DNA of 63,788 nucleotides, counting the filler, from Guillardia theta CCMP2712 (taxonomy: Eukaryota; Protista; Cryptophyta), in the NCBI RefSeq assembly GCF_000315625.1. It is 7 parts of 7 records of this genome, joined end to end, with 100 filler letters (N's around TTAATTAATTAA, not from the genome) between each part and the next. Parts side by side here need not be neighbours in the genome. Positions count along the whole stretch, not along the records: positions 26,369 to 36,505 come from NW_005434278.1; positions 36,606 to 45,992 come from NW_005434267.1; 5 more parts are not named here. The stretch is one strand, 5' to 3'. This document shows positions 31,300 through 44,295 of the stretch, piece by piece. Position 1 is the first letter of the stretch; each line of letters starts with the position of its first letter. The position numbers and the translations under genes are program-made. The notes under the pieces were generated by a model that did no database searches, was not told the DNA's origin, and saw nothing but the letters and a program-made list of their open reading frames with translations.

Positions 31300-33499
31300 T
31301 CCTCTTCCTCCTCGTCACAGCACCGCTACAGGCGTCAATGCGCTTCTCCTCCAGCCTTGTGCGATACGGTCCCCACAAACGGTCGCAGCTCCATGGCTTG
31401 CATGTCGAAGTACTTGAGCTGATACGAGTGATGAGTGATTGAGTAACGAGCCGGAGAAGGAGAAGGAGCAGGTAGACGAGGAGGGAGGAAGAAGGAGGGA
31501 GGAAGGGAGAGGAAGAGGAGGAATTTACCTCATTCGTGCTTTGAGTCCGTGTGATCCAAATATTGCTGTCCTGCTGGTACTGCCATCCTCGCGCTGCCAG
31601 CTCCTGCTCTCAGGTGTGAGCGACCGACGGAGGATGGAGAAGCAGGTGACGGAGGCTGCAAGCGGGAGGGGCGAAGAAGACTCACCGTATAGGCGAACTT
31701 GACAAGGTTTGCTCTCAGCTCCTGGATAGGCAGGGTGTGACTCAAGCAAGACAAGAGCACGCCGACTTGCCTGATGGGGGGCGTCATGAGGGCGGGAGAG
31801 GAAGTGATAAAAAATATAGAACAGCGTCCTGCCGCACTCGTCATTCGAGCAGAGCACAAGAGAACAGGAGTCGTGGTCCTACATGTCGCTAAACTTCTTG
31901 AAGAATGCAGTCTTGAGAGCTGGAGGAGTGATGGAGTAACACCTTGGCAGCTGAAGGCAAGTGACTCCCCCGTCAAACCAAAGGAACCCTCCTGCCTCCT
32001 GCCTCCTGCCTCCTGCCTCCTGCCTCCTGCCTCCTAATATCACCTGATAGTCTGGCTGCTTCGGCGCTCGGACGTCCCAAGGAGAGTAGAAGGTTTCATA
32101 AAGGTTATCAGGAGCGTTGAGATTTAACCCCAATCTTGTCAGATCCGTTCCCAGAGCCAGCAACGTTAGATTGTCGTTGTTCATCCGTATTACACTCAAC
32201 AGCCCCAACATTCCATATCTTGGCAGTCCAGTAAAAGTCAACAAGGCCCATGACGGAGAGAGAAGAGCTTTCTCACCGATCCGTCTTTTCCTGCGAGCTC
32301 ATGCTTCCATTTCCTCCTGACAAACCCTACCGAGCCATCACTCTCCTCCGCTGGATCCACCACACCGGCAACTGCCTCTCACCTGACTCTCCGCAAACGC
32401 CTGGTTTTCCAGTTTCATGCGCTGGAATTGTTCGACCATGCCCGGGGCCGATGCACCGCCAGTCATCAGGCTGTTGTTGGGACCTTGTTGTTGCTGCAAT
32501 GACAACGTTCAGCCCAGTCATCCTCCACCCACTTCCCTTGCCTGAGCGCCAGGTAGCGCCGGGAAATCTTCCTCCATAGAGAACTCCTTCTGTGTGTTTA
32601 GAGAGCTACTCCCTACTGATTCGCTCCCCTCCAATGGCTGGGAGTGACTTGACTGGCTGCTGGTCCCTGGATTTCTGCCCAGGACAGGAAAGTCGGAGGG
32701 ATCGAAGGCTACCTGGGAGGGCCCATCGTATCCACCCATCCCTATCTGCACGTTGCCGTTGGGAGCGTTTCCTCGCATCCCACCCCCCATGCCTTGATGA
32801 GCAGATCCTCCCATTCCTGCCGCCAACGCAGGTCACGAGGTCATTGGCTGTCTCGCAGCCTTTACCTGATGGGCCATAACCTTGGCCCCCTTGCAGGCCT
32901 GCGGAAGAGAGTGCTGAAGTCTGAAAGCCAAGTCGTCAGCTCTACAAGAACAACAGTGAAGTCATGACAGACCAGTCGGCTCGAACTCAAGGACACATTG
33001 CCATTACCGCCCTGCATCTGCGTCAGGCGCAACGTGAGAAATTCCATGTTGACATCGCGAGCAAGTCACGAATGGATAGAGAATCAACTCCTTACCCCTC
33101 GTCCCATTCCTTGCATTCCGTTCTGCTGACCATCGAAAGAGAAACTCTGCAAGACCACAACTATCAGTCGCAGAGAGGAAGACGCACTTGCGGTACCTGA
33201 GGATTCCCTCCTCTATTCATCCCTAACGACATCCCTTGACCTTGCTGCATTCCCATGGGCCCGCGATTCATCTGCATGGAAGGCATCCCTCCACCGATAC
33301 CGCCCATGCCCATAGTTCTTTGCTGCATGCCTTGAGATACCGGCATCCCGCCGGGTTGTGCCCCCATGATCCCCATGCCTTGCTGTATGTATCGGGGCTG
33401 ATCACCGGGCCCTGTGGCAGGCATCTGTTCCTTGGTCGCCTGTCTAGCTTTTGCGTACTCTGCGAAGTTACCAAAACGTTTCTTTTCTCCCTCTGCCAT
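31300..33499 (-). CDS. NOT2: CCR4-NOT complex subunit NOT2 (CNOT2/VIP2), multi-exon; 3' end approximate
   Basis: YGMLGLLSVIRM..LALGTDLTRLGLNLN..LYETFYSPW, LPRCY, FKKFSD/TLFYIFY, plus DFPxL motifs (DFPVLG, EDFPALPG) and a G/M/Q-rich N-terminus. ATG at 33499. Confidence 0.92.
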
Positions 33500-35199
33500 G
33501 CGATGACTAGCAAGATCTGAAAACAATGCTTCAGACCGGCAGGGAGCTCCGTCCCTTCTCACCTAACCGCCAATATGACGGACAGGACGAGAACAGTCAA
33601 TTACACCAAGCTGCCAGATGTTTCAGATGAGAACACGGAAAGTGTCTGCACGACAGGACATGAAAAACACCCAGACAATGAGGCATCACGGGAGAATTGA
33701 AAAGGAAAGCACACCCAGTCAGAATGATGAGTTGTAGTCGTAACGCGTTGGTGAATTTATGTGAAAGGGAAGATGCGAAAAAGTGCAGGAAGCTCTGGAG
33801 CAAGCAACAAGTCCATGAGATGAGATGATGTAGAGGAAACAAGTCAATGAGACGAGATGGCGAGCCGCGCTTGATTTTAAACTTGATGAGCAGAGGCAGA
33901 GGCAAGGGCGAAGCCTTGCCCGCAGAAGAATAGACAGGCAAAAAAATGGGGATGAAGGCAGCAGCCGCAGATATGGAAGAACTGGTGCAGGTATCCAAGA
34001 AACAATGGAGAGAAAGAGGGAGGAGGAAGGAGAAGGAGAAGGAATCCATGGATATGGTGACACGACCCGAGTGGCTGGGGGCTGGGTATTGCATTGGGGA
34101 GAGGACGGAGGGACGGAGGAGGGTTGAGTAGTGAGAGGAGAGGAGTGGAGAGGAGAGGAGAGAAGGGGGGAGAGAAGAGGGAGAAGAGGGAGGAGAGGAG
34201 CAGAAGAGATCCGGCAGCGGGAAGATTGGGAGCAGCAGCAGCAGGAGCTGCCAGGGTGCGAGGGAGCATGAAGGCGCGGGCGAGGTGCGAGGGGGGTAGA
34301 CAGGGGCTCTGGGGGTAGGGGTAGTAGACATTTGATAGGTACTCACGAAAAATGTGGGGTAGGGGGTACCTAATTCAAAATTAAGGCAGATGAAAGAGGG
34401 AATTGTATATATCTTGTACTAATTAGAAGAGGGATACATCTTACCTAGTCGTTTATAGAGATTCATGTGGGGGTGGGGGAGCTGAGTAACTAAGAGACTG
34501 AATGAAGTGAACAGGAGGGGTGGGGTACCGGCGGCAAGGCAAGAGGACAAGAAATAGAAGAAAAAATAGGGCAGGGGGAAATAGAACAGAAGTAGAACAA
34601 AATCTAGACGCGGATGGACTAGTCGGACTACTGAAGTCAGGCCAGGCCCGGCGCTTGACTCAGTGACCGGACTTAGCCTGGGCGGCCTCAGCCACGGTCC
34701 GGTTGGGCTCGGCTCGGCTCGGCGGGCCGGGCCCTGGGGCCTCCGACGCGGCCCGCACCCGGACTCTGATCAGAGTCGGCCGGACGGACGGCGGGGCCGT
34801 GAGTCCGATCACCGTACTGTATGGCAGACTCAGGCTGTCACTCAGCGGCCGCGACTGAAGTCACCGGGCCCCGGGAGGCCGCCGCTGCCGCCGCTGCCCC
34901 GCTGCCGCCATGCCCGGTTCAGTGGACTGAGTCCGAATCATCAAGTCCCGGCGATACCCGGGCAGGAGTCAGGGCTGGTCACCGTAGTACTCGTACTGAT
35001 TTTTAACTCAGTGACTGGCCAACTACCTTACAGTGCAGCCTTCTGTTCTAAGTTCAGTTGTAGCAAGTGGCTGTGAGTACAGTGTAGAACTCAGTCACCC
35101 TGTTCAGCTATCACAGTAAAGAAGTACATGTTGACTCGCTGACGATTACTGTTCGATCAACATAAGTTATTGCTTTCCTGCTGCTCCTGCTGCTCCTCT

Positions 35200-36380
35200 C
35201 CGCCCTCCTCTTTCTCCTCCCGGAGTTCTGCCGTCTCAGTCTACCTCCTTCGCATCATGTATCCTTCCTCCTCTCGCACGTCATGCTTTGCCCGAGGGTC
35301 CGGCACTGCCTCCTCGGATAAAGGACGAGCAAATGTTGTCGACGCAGACGTCGAACTCCTGGCCCACCTGACTCTCTGCGAGCGCCCAGCTCAGCAAGCA
35401 CAACAAGGCAGCACGTCAGACCTGATGGGCTGCTGGAGTCCTTCTTGTAGTTGGTCCTGAGGACATGGAGATGAGGAAGGAGAGGGGGGAGGGGAGGGGA
35501 GGGGAGGGGAGGGGAAGGAGGAGGAGGAGGAGGGGTGTGTGTGTGTGTGTGTGAAGGAAGACGAGGAAGTGGTGGTGGTTGAAGTGGTGTTGAGGAGAAG
35601 AGGACGTATGGTTGAGAGGAAGTGTGGTAGAGCGAGGTTAAGACTCACAGGAATTCGTTGAGGACCAGGTGTGTGAACTTCTGGACCTGAAGAGAGGAGG
35701 TCAGGGATAGAGAAATGGGAGGAGAGGAGCGAGGAGACGAAGACAGAGGGAGAGAGGGGAGAGGGGGGAGGAGGGGGGAGGGGGAGAGGGGAGAGAAGCG
35801 AAGCAAAGGGAGAGGAGGGGAAGATACTGTACCTCGACGATCTGTTCGCATGTATGAAACACTGTGATCACGATGCCGTCCCGCTTCTCTGTTACCATCT
35901 CCCAGCCCTTCTGCGCTGAAAGTGAGAAGAGTAGGAAGGCGAGAAAGGCAGGAAGAGAGGAGGAGAGTAGGAGAGTAGGAGAGGAGGAGAGGAGGAGAGA
36001 GGGAGAGGAGGGGGGGGGAGGAGAGGAGGAGAGGGAGGAGAGGAGGAGAGAGGTGGAGTGGAGGAGAGAGGAGGAGAGGAGGAGAGTGGAGGAGGGAAGA
36101 AAAGAGATGTAGGGAAGGTAGGAGAAGGAGATATAGGGAAAAGTAAGAGGAGCATCTGCAAGAGGAGAGGACGACGAAGTAGGAGGAGATGAACGAGGAG
36201 GAGGCTCTGCAGCAGAGGAGGGAGACGAGATGTAGGGGAGGTAGAAGCAGAGGTTTAAGAAGTAGGAGGAGATGTAGTGGAGGAGAGGATGAGCAGCAAA
36301 CCTGATGGCTGTCAAGCGCTGCTGGCTCATACATGACGCGCGAGATGGATCCACAATCCACTTGCAATATGTGAGCAGGA
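35200..36380 (-). CDS. 3' portion of a multi-exon hypothetical gene; 5' part probably lies in the gap
   Basis: Short coding-like exons (VDCGSISRVMYEPAALDSHQ; KGWEMVTEKRDGIVITVFHTCEQIVE; VQKFTHLVLNEF) are flanked by minus-strand splice signals and microsatellite introns. Confidence 0.35.
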
Positions 36381-36413
36381 GCAGGAGGATACGGAAGAAG
36401 GAGAAACATGCAG

Positions 36414-36454
<41 letters not shown>

Positions 36455-36974
36455 ATTGTCATTGTTGTTGACATTGTTCTCGTTCTTGGTAGGTGCGGGG
36501 GGTTGNNNNNNNNNNNNNNNNNNNNNNNNNNNNNNNNNNNNNNNNNNNNTTAATTAATTAANNNNNNNNNNNNNNNNNNNNNNNNNNNNNNNNNNNNNNN
36601 NNNNNAGGGGGAGAGAGAGAGCTGGAGAAGGGATGAGGGAATGGGGTTGTGTGGGGAGAGGAGGAGGAGAGGGAAGGGATAGGAAGAGGCTGGCAGTGGG
36701 GCAGGGGACGAGGGCAAGGGAGGGGGTAGGAAGGGAGGGGAAAAGAATTGTGGCAATGGAGAGGAGTGTGAAAGCAAGCATATATGCGTGATATGGAGTA
36801 GCAGGTATCAGCAAAGGAGCAGGGGAAAAGTTTAAGAAGAGCAGGGGTTGTAAAGGACAAGTGTAGCCAGTGTCTTACGAGGAAAGGCTGTTCTTGCAAT
36901 GCAAGGGTGTAGATACAATGAACCTGTTCAAAGAAGCTCTGCTTCCAACCCCTTGATGTGCATGTGCAGACGCC

Positions 36975-39327
36975 ATGAACGCTGGCGGGCATAGAGACAT
37001 GGACTTTAAGGACCAGAGCGGCCATGACTGCGCTGCGGCAACTCGCGACGTCACGATCAACATGGTGGCACTGGAAGCTGGAGATACGTTCACGAGCGAG
37101 CGAAGCACGCCAGAAGACAGCATGGCTGAGATCGTGCAGAAAGACGACAGGTCCAGCTGGGCAGGGTCAGACTTCGTGTCCAGGGGGATGAAAGCCAAAA
37201 GCTCGTCGGGGGTGTCATCGGGATCAATCAACTTCTGGGAGCACTACACCAACTTCAAGCCAGAGGACGTGAAGGCGTTCGACCATGACGACGAGGATGA
37301 GAAGTCGGGGTTTGCCGCGTACGTCAGTGACACAGTGGGTTGCTCCTCCTGATTGCCTCGCAAGCTGATCGCTTCCTGCAGCTGCTGGAGCTCCGGTCGT
37401 ACGCTCAGACGTTCATGCGGGGGATCTCTTGGCAGGTGACGCACTCTCCTCCTGTGCCGCCGTCGCTGACTGGACTGGCAGCTCTTCCTCGTCTTCATGC
37501 TCCTGTGGGCTGCCCTCTGCATCCTCGGGATCGGCCTGATCTTGAACTGGCGAGCAAGGTGAAGTTCTGCCCTCCTCTGCGATGCAAGGCTGACGGATGT
37601 CCCACAGCGCGATCGATGGGAGGAGGATTGAGGTGGAGGCAAAAGCCGTTCAAATTGTCATGACATGTTGTGTTGTCCCTCGATACCTCTGACACGATGC
37701 TCAGGGCGCGTTCTTCAGCTCTCAGCTCGACAAGGCCCTCTCGCCTCTCTTCACCCTCGCAGCCTTCGTGAGGTCGACAGACGAGATCCTCCAGCTCGCC
37801 AACACCTCCATGTATTTCCCCATCATCAGCTCCAACTTTCGCAACGTGTCGAGCATCCCCGCCTCCTTGGTCGAAGAGTTCAACGGCATCGTCAAGAACA
37901 TTTACCAGACTGTAGACCAAGGGAGCTACAAGATCTCGAGCACGATCGTCAACCTCCAGCTAGCTCCAAGGGGCATCGTCTCCATGATCTCCCCAGCTGA
38001 CCCCAAGGCCCTTGGGCACGATCTCCTCAGGGATCCCAACAGACGTCCGGACGCTCTCAAGGCCATCCAGGAAGGGTTCGTCATGTCCGGGCCGGTGCCC
38101 CTGGTGCAGGGAGGAACGGCCATGATTGGCCGCCTTCCTATCTTCGTCGACCGGGCCGTTCCTGGGTCCATGGACCCTCTCGAGTTGCAGGTCAATGCTC
38201 CGATCCCCAACGTGAACTGGTGGGGGTTTGCCGTTTGTCTGTTCAACTACCGAGAAGTACTGCAGAAGAGCGGCATCCACGACGTGATGCGGAAGGAGGG
38301 CCTGGTGTTCAACTTGACTAGATTGGACGTTGTGGCCAATGGAAAAGAGTTGATCTACTCTTCCAAGGTCATCGCCTCCTCGATCAACAAGACCATGTCC
38401 AACGACTACGTCGTGGTGCCCTTGAAAGTCCCAGGGAACGTCTGGAATCTCACGGTGGGCGATGACAACGGGTTCCACCCCGGCTGGCTTCCAGCTGCCA
38501 TTGCCACTTGCGTCGTGATGTCATGCTGCATCGCCGCGTTTGCGCTGATGATCCTTGTGAGCCGCAAGATGCAGAAGCAGCTGCTCTACCGCATCATGCC
38601 CGCCAGAGCTATCAAGAGGCTCCAGCAGGGGCGGCAGGTGGTGGAAGTCTTCAGCACCGTCACCATCTTCTTCTCGGACATCGTCGGCTTCACCAACCTG
38701 GCCAACGAGATGCACCCGCTGGAGGTCATGGCGATGCTCAACGAGCTCTACTGCAAGTTCGACGAGCTCGTCGCAAAGCACGGCATATACAAGGTAGAGA
38801 CCATCGGAGACGCCTACATGGTCGTAGGAGGGGCGCCGGATCGCATGGCAGGCCCCGATGCTGCCGAGCGGGTCGTTCGGTTCGCCCTCGAGGCCATCGA
38901 CCTCGTCAAGCACAACAATGCGGGTGAGTTCGCGCTCAAAATCCGGGCCGGGATCGCCTCGGGCCCGGTGGTCGCCGGCGTCGTCGGCACTGCCATGCCG
39001 AGGTACTGCTTCTTCGGGGACACGGTGAACACTGCCTCGAGGATGGAAAGCACATCCAAGGCGCTGTCGCTGCAGGTCACGGAGGTCACGTACAGACTGC
39101 TTCGGGAGTGCAAGACAGAGTTCGAGATCGTTCCGAGGTTCACAGACTCCGAGCATAAGATCGTGGTCAAGGGCAAGGGTGCAATGCAGACGTACTGGGT
39201 GAGAGGCATCAAAACAGGACCAGGAGGAGCAGGAGCAGGAGCAGGAGAAGGGGCAGGAGCAGGAGCAGGAGCAGCGGAAGACATGGATATCAAGGTGAGC
39301 GACAGCGAAAGGACAGTGGAAGGCTAA
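36975..39327 (+). CDS. Receptor-type class III nucleotidyl cyclase (TM-CHASE-TM-cyclase), predicted guanylate cyclase
   Basis: TM1 exon LFLVFMLLWAALCILGIGLIL. CHASE motifs LAPRGIV..P..ALGHDLL..MSGPVPLVQGG..IGRLPIF..WWGF. TM2 AAIATCVVMSCCIAAFALMILV. Cyclase motifs FSDIVGFT, KVETIGDAY, RYCFFGDTVNTASRMES and VKGKG.M.TYW. Confidence 0.93.
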
Positions 39328-39488
39328 GCTTCAGCTGGGTGGAGTGATATGGCGATTTAACTGATCTGAATCAGCGATATGATTTGAATGATGCAGATTA
39401 AAGTAAAATTATGACATGCCCCCAACAAGCTCTCCTGCCCCTTCTACGTTGCAACTCCCTTCCTGTCCTCTCTCCCGCGCCCGGATGC

Positions 39489-39693
<205 letters not shown>

Positions 39694-40647
39694 TCTTAAC
39701 AGCCATTGGCCTTACCATAGTTCACTCTCAACAGCTTCTCCTAACTTGTGTCTCCAGAAATTGTGGCTTCACCACAAAGTGCAGCAAAATTGTGTCGCGA
39801 GAATTTTTCGCGAGCTAGAAATGAGATTTGCTTATAGCAGCACAGTGAGACTATAATGCAGCATGCTAAATCCTGAGAAAAATGATTTTCAGGCACCAAT
39901 ACTACCAAACATTTCGGGTGTAACGTATCGTATAAAAGACCAAACGATGTTATTGAGTCATTCAATGATAATTTTGATCGGGTCCGGGCCGCGGCCATTG
40001 GGCCAAATTCAGAGCAAGGTAGATTCATCAAGTCTGCCTCAGGGATATCAAGGACAATAGTAAGAGGCAGCAAGTATTTACTACCCCATCAGAGTCAACT
40101 CTGACGCCGCCTCGCAATTGTGGGCAACAAGTAAAATCAGGTTCTTGAGCCTTTCCATTGAAGGTTTTAAGGCAACCGGCTCGGCCCGTCGGACTTGGCG
40201 TAAAACCTTTTTAAAATCTTGACCGTCGCGTATATCTAAAACGCAGTCAAACACCACCCACCCCTCCACAATGTCAATTTCCCCACCCACCCTACTTAAG
40301 TACCCCCCAGCCGCGCACCCCATGGGACATGTGCTTGTTGAAAGGATGCGGTCTCCCGGCCGTCGCTCCCCCACCGTTCCGCACGCCAGTTTTTTTACTT
40401 CATCGCAGGCCTTGCGCTCCTCCAGTCTGCCGCCACTCCACAACCAGTCACCTCGATCGATACGCGGACTTCAAGCTGCCAAGAACCATCGTGATTTGAA
40501 GCTCCTGGCTGACCTTGCTTGAGAAGATCAAACATCTGACCTTCGACGTTGCATTATTCCACAGCTTCATAGTGCGTCTGTTGCGTACATCAAGCGAGCC
40601 GCCCAAGTCGAGGTTCAGCTTTGACAGTTCTTAGCAAGAGCCAAGTC

Positions 40648-41199
40648 ATGAAGTCGATCATAAACCGCCAAGGAAACGATTCAAAGCCGCGTAACGTGAT
40701 CAACGACGAGCTTGCACTTTACATCTTCGCTTGCCGTCCGATCGAGAAAGCAAAGCCCATTGTGTCCAGCTCTATACTCGCCTTGAGATTCGGCATAACA
40801 CCCAAGGCCATCCGAGACATATGGCGAAGACGAACGTGGGTAAGGGCTACCCTACAAGACTGGACTGTCAAGGAAAGAGAAACGTATGAAGGTGATGAAA
40901 TTTGCGAGGGATGTTTGTACACTGTGTCTGGGGAGAAGACCATTTGCAACGAATGCCAGAAGATCAAGCGAACAAGAAGAGAGAAGAAAACACCCGCTCA
41001 TGCTGAGACAGACGTCAAGGATGATCCCGCACCCAGCGATAGTCACGATGTCAAGATTGTTGGCATGGCAGGATCACCAGCTCAAGTCAACGAGGTCCCC
41101 CAAGGAGGCGTGTGCGATGAATTCAGCCGGAGCAGCTCGAGCCATCATAACGGCTGGCTTATGGATGCAGAGCGTATCGGATACTTTCTGAACAACTAG
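40648..41199 (+). CDS. Small helix-turn-helix putative DNA-binding protein, copy 1, with a CxxC..CxxC insert
   Basis: INDELALYIF..SSSILALRFGITPKAIRDIWRRRTW (LA.xFG/YG.T...I..IW HTH pattern); CEGC..CNEC; ATG at 40648. Confidence 0.8.
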   Translation: MKSIINRQGNDSKPRNVINDELALYIFACRPIEKAKPIVSSSILALRFGITPKAIRDIWRRRTWVRATLQDWTVKERETYEGDEICEGCLYTVSGEKTICNECQKIKRTRREKKTPAHAETDVKDDPAPSDSHDVKIVGMAGSPAQVNEVPQGGVCDEFSRSSSSHHNGWLMDAERIGYFLNN

Positions 41200-44100
41200 A
41201 ACATCCTCTTAACTTTTCATGATTACAAGAAAATACCTGATGCGTGGAAACTATGTTTCTGAACCTCTATCATGTGGTCGATTACACTATGGTCGTCTGA
41301 AAGTCAAATGTTGAAACCTAGACAGCCTGTCCTGCCTGTCTACATGAAGTGAAAGAAACTTGAAATCTTTACTATCTCATTGTTGACCGTCGATACTCCA
41401 ACTCCAACTCCTCAAAGAGCATATTTTCTGCAGTTCTGCCATTATTGCTCACGAGTTTTAAAGAAGTGAAGGAGTAGTGTTACCAACATACACGAAAACG
41501 AGTCTCTTCAAACGGCATGTCGTAGCTGACTCACTCACCGTGTAGTAAAGCATCTAGAAGTTTCGGCTCTTAAAACGTTTTTGAGGGATACACATTAAAA
41601 CCTTTGTCTCGTGTGGAGACAGGACGGGGGCTGGAGGACGCAGGCAAGACTGCCAACAAACTTCCACCCTCCCCCACCCAACCCCCCTCTTCTACGACCA
41701 CCCCTCCTCTCTCTCCCTCGCCTCTCCCTCGCCTCTCCCTCGCCTCTCCCTCGCCTCTCCCTCGCCTCTCCCTCGCCTCTCCCTCGCCTCTCCCTTGTTT
41801 CTCCCTCGCCTCTCCCTTGTTTCTTTCTCGTCGTCTCTCCCTCGTCTCGTCCCCCCTATTCTCTTCCTTAAGCTGCTTGCATACCTTCCTATCTTCCTCT
41901 TCACGTATTCCTTACAATCTGCATTTCTCCTTTCTTAAATGTGGCGCCCTGCACACCATGTCTTTATTCAATAACCTTTAAAAATGACATTTTTCATTGC
42001 TCGTTTGATGCACATCTGCTGCGTTGTTTCCGAGGCAGATTTTCCGTGCCTCGTTGACAGATCCTCGCTTTTGCGCACTTCAGGGTTTCTTACATTCTGC
42101 CAGTGCACAGAGTTGGAATGCATGAGAAATTATGGTTCACCTTTTTTCATCCCACCCTCTCTCCCTTAACCCCCTCCTTTCCGCCCCTCGGTGCCCTTGC
42201 CTGCCTGCCTTCTTTCTTGGATCCCTCTTTCCCTCCTTGCTTCCATTGCTCCTATCCTTGCTCCATCCATCCCTTCCTAACCCCCCCCCCACTCCCGCTC
42301 GCTCGCTCGTCGCTCNNNNNNNNNNNNNNNNNNNNNNNNNNNNNNNNNNNNNNNNNNNNNNNNNNNNNNNNNNNNNNNNNNNNNNNNNNNNNNNNNNNNN
42401 NNNNNNNNNNNNNNNTCCTCCTTGGCATGTTCTTCTTCGCTTCTTCCCTTCGTTTAGTTTGCTCTGTTGTTTCTTTCGTCTTTTATGCCTGGTTTTGTCT
42501 GGGCTTGCTTTTCTTCATGTTCTCTTGTTTTACTTTCCATGCTTGGTTGCCTTTTCTCCTTCTGTTCTGCCTGTACTTCGATCTTTCCCTCCGCTCTTGT
42601 GCTGCCTTTCTTTTTACATTTCTTCATCCCTTGCTCCCTCCCATTACCTTTTCGCTTTCTCCCTCGATTCTCTCCCTCTCCACCCCTTCCTGTTTCATTG
42701 CTTTCTTGTACCAACTCTTTCCCCTTGCAATTTGCTGTTTCTATTTCATCTCCTCTTCGCCACAGAGCTCCCTTTACTTCTCATTTCCTATGTATGCTTG
42801 TATGTTTGCTTGTTCAGTCTTGATCCGTCACTTGCTTCGTTACTACTTGCTCCTCCCTCACTCCTTGCATTTCAAGTTCCATATACACCGCGCCTATCCC
42901 AATGTCACATCAACATGAAATCGATACAACCACCGAGTATCAAATGGCATCTAGAGGCTGGCATGGGCATTGATAGAAACTCATCAAGTACAGTGACATT
43001 AAATTATTGCATCAAACTGTGCTACGAGTTTGTTGGTCTTCTGCACGTGCGTTTTGAATTCGGGAGAACATGCTTTGATTTCAATAGCATTTGTTCGTCC
43101 ATCTCAACACCCAAATCATAGCTTCCCATTTAACATCACACACAAGGCGATGATCACACACAAGGTTGTGCAATACACACAAGGTTATGCCTCCATGCGA
43201 TGATTTTGCCGTGTCCATGGCCATTGCGCCTTCCGTCGTACTACTCTATTAGAGTTTCAGATTAGACGATCCGCCATATGCGCCGAGCTCTTCGTGTCCT
43301 TGCATATTCTTTGTGACGCGCATTGACTGAATCGTCTTCAGCCTTCAACCTGTACCTACCAACCAGCTGTCATCTTACAAATTCCTCCCATCTCCAGGCA
43401 GCGACCCCAGTATGCCCTTGCATGTCAGTTTTGATGATCAATCGACCACTTTGAGGAGCTAACTATCGCTTGCCTGCATGTTGTTCTACTTCCACCGCCC
43501 CGTCCCTTGTGAGCTGTCCTGACCTCCTGCCTGCCCCCCTATGGCAACTCGCTCCCCACCCCCACCATTCTTCTCTTTCTTTTTTCTTTTTATGAGATAT
43601 GCCGTGCCGCGACTACCCCACCCTCCTTCCCCCGACAACTTGAGCTGTTAAGAGTAATTGCACCCACCCCCTCCTATCCCGCATATCACCTCCATGAACA
43701 GGTGCGATCCTCAGATATTGGGAATTGTGCCTTGCAAATAACCCCACCCACGTATTCATTGCTGACCCCACCCCCACCCTATTCCCCTCAGAAGTCAAAG
43801 TGTTTCACCCACCCCCTTGAAGGCGTTCGCAACGGACAGGTAGTAAAATCGCCTTGATTCCTACCCACGTGGTCGGAACCCTCACCCCACCCCTCTGAGG
43901 CCATGCCTAAAACTGGTAGTTTTAAGCACCCCACCATGTTCTTACACCTACCCCTTGCACACCCAAACTCACTACCCCGGACATACTACCCCCACCCACT
44001 ATTTAGTACAACAAATACCCCTACTCCTCGGCCTCCTCGTGCCCTGGCTTTAATTAAAATACCCAGGGCAGGTAACGTCGTCGGCATGCGAGCACCAAGA

Positions 44101-44295
44101 ATTGAAAGCCGCGCGCGGGGATGGCGGATAGTTTTGAAGACGATCTTTGAGGAGGAGGAAGGCGTTGGCATGGATTTTCTGTATTGATTGTGCAAGAAGC
44201 AGGGTATCAGCAACGGCGCGTGGTGAAGCGAGGAGCTCCTGGATGAATGAAATTGCGACTTGACGGGACTGTTAAGTGAATTCCAAACAAGGAAG

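Noticed and set aside
42901-43000. Short inverted repeat AATGTCAC...GTGACATT with an imperfect inner hairpin
   Set aside because: Only 8 bp of perfect pairing and no TSD; compatible with chance.
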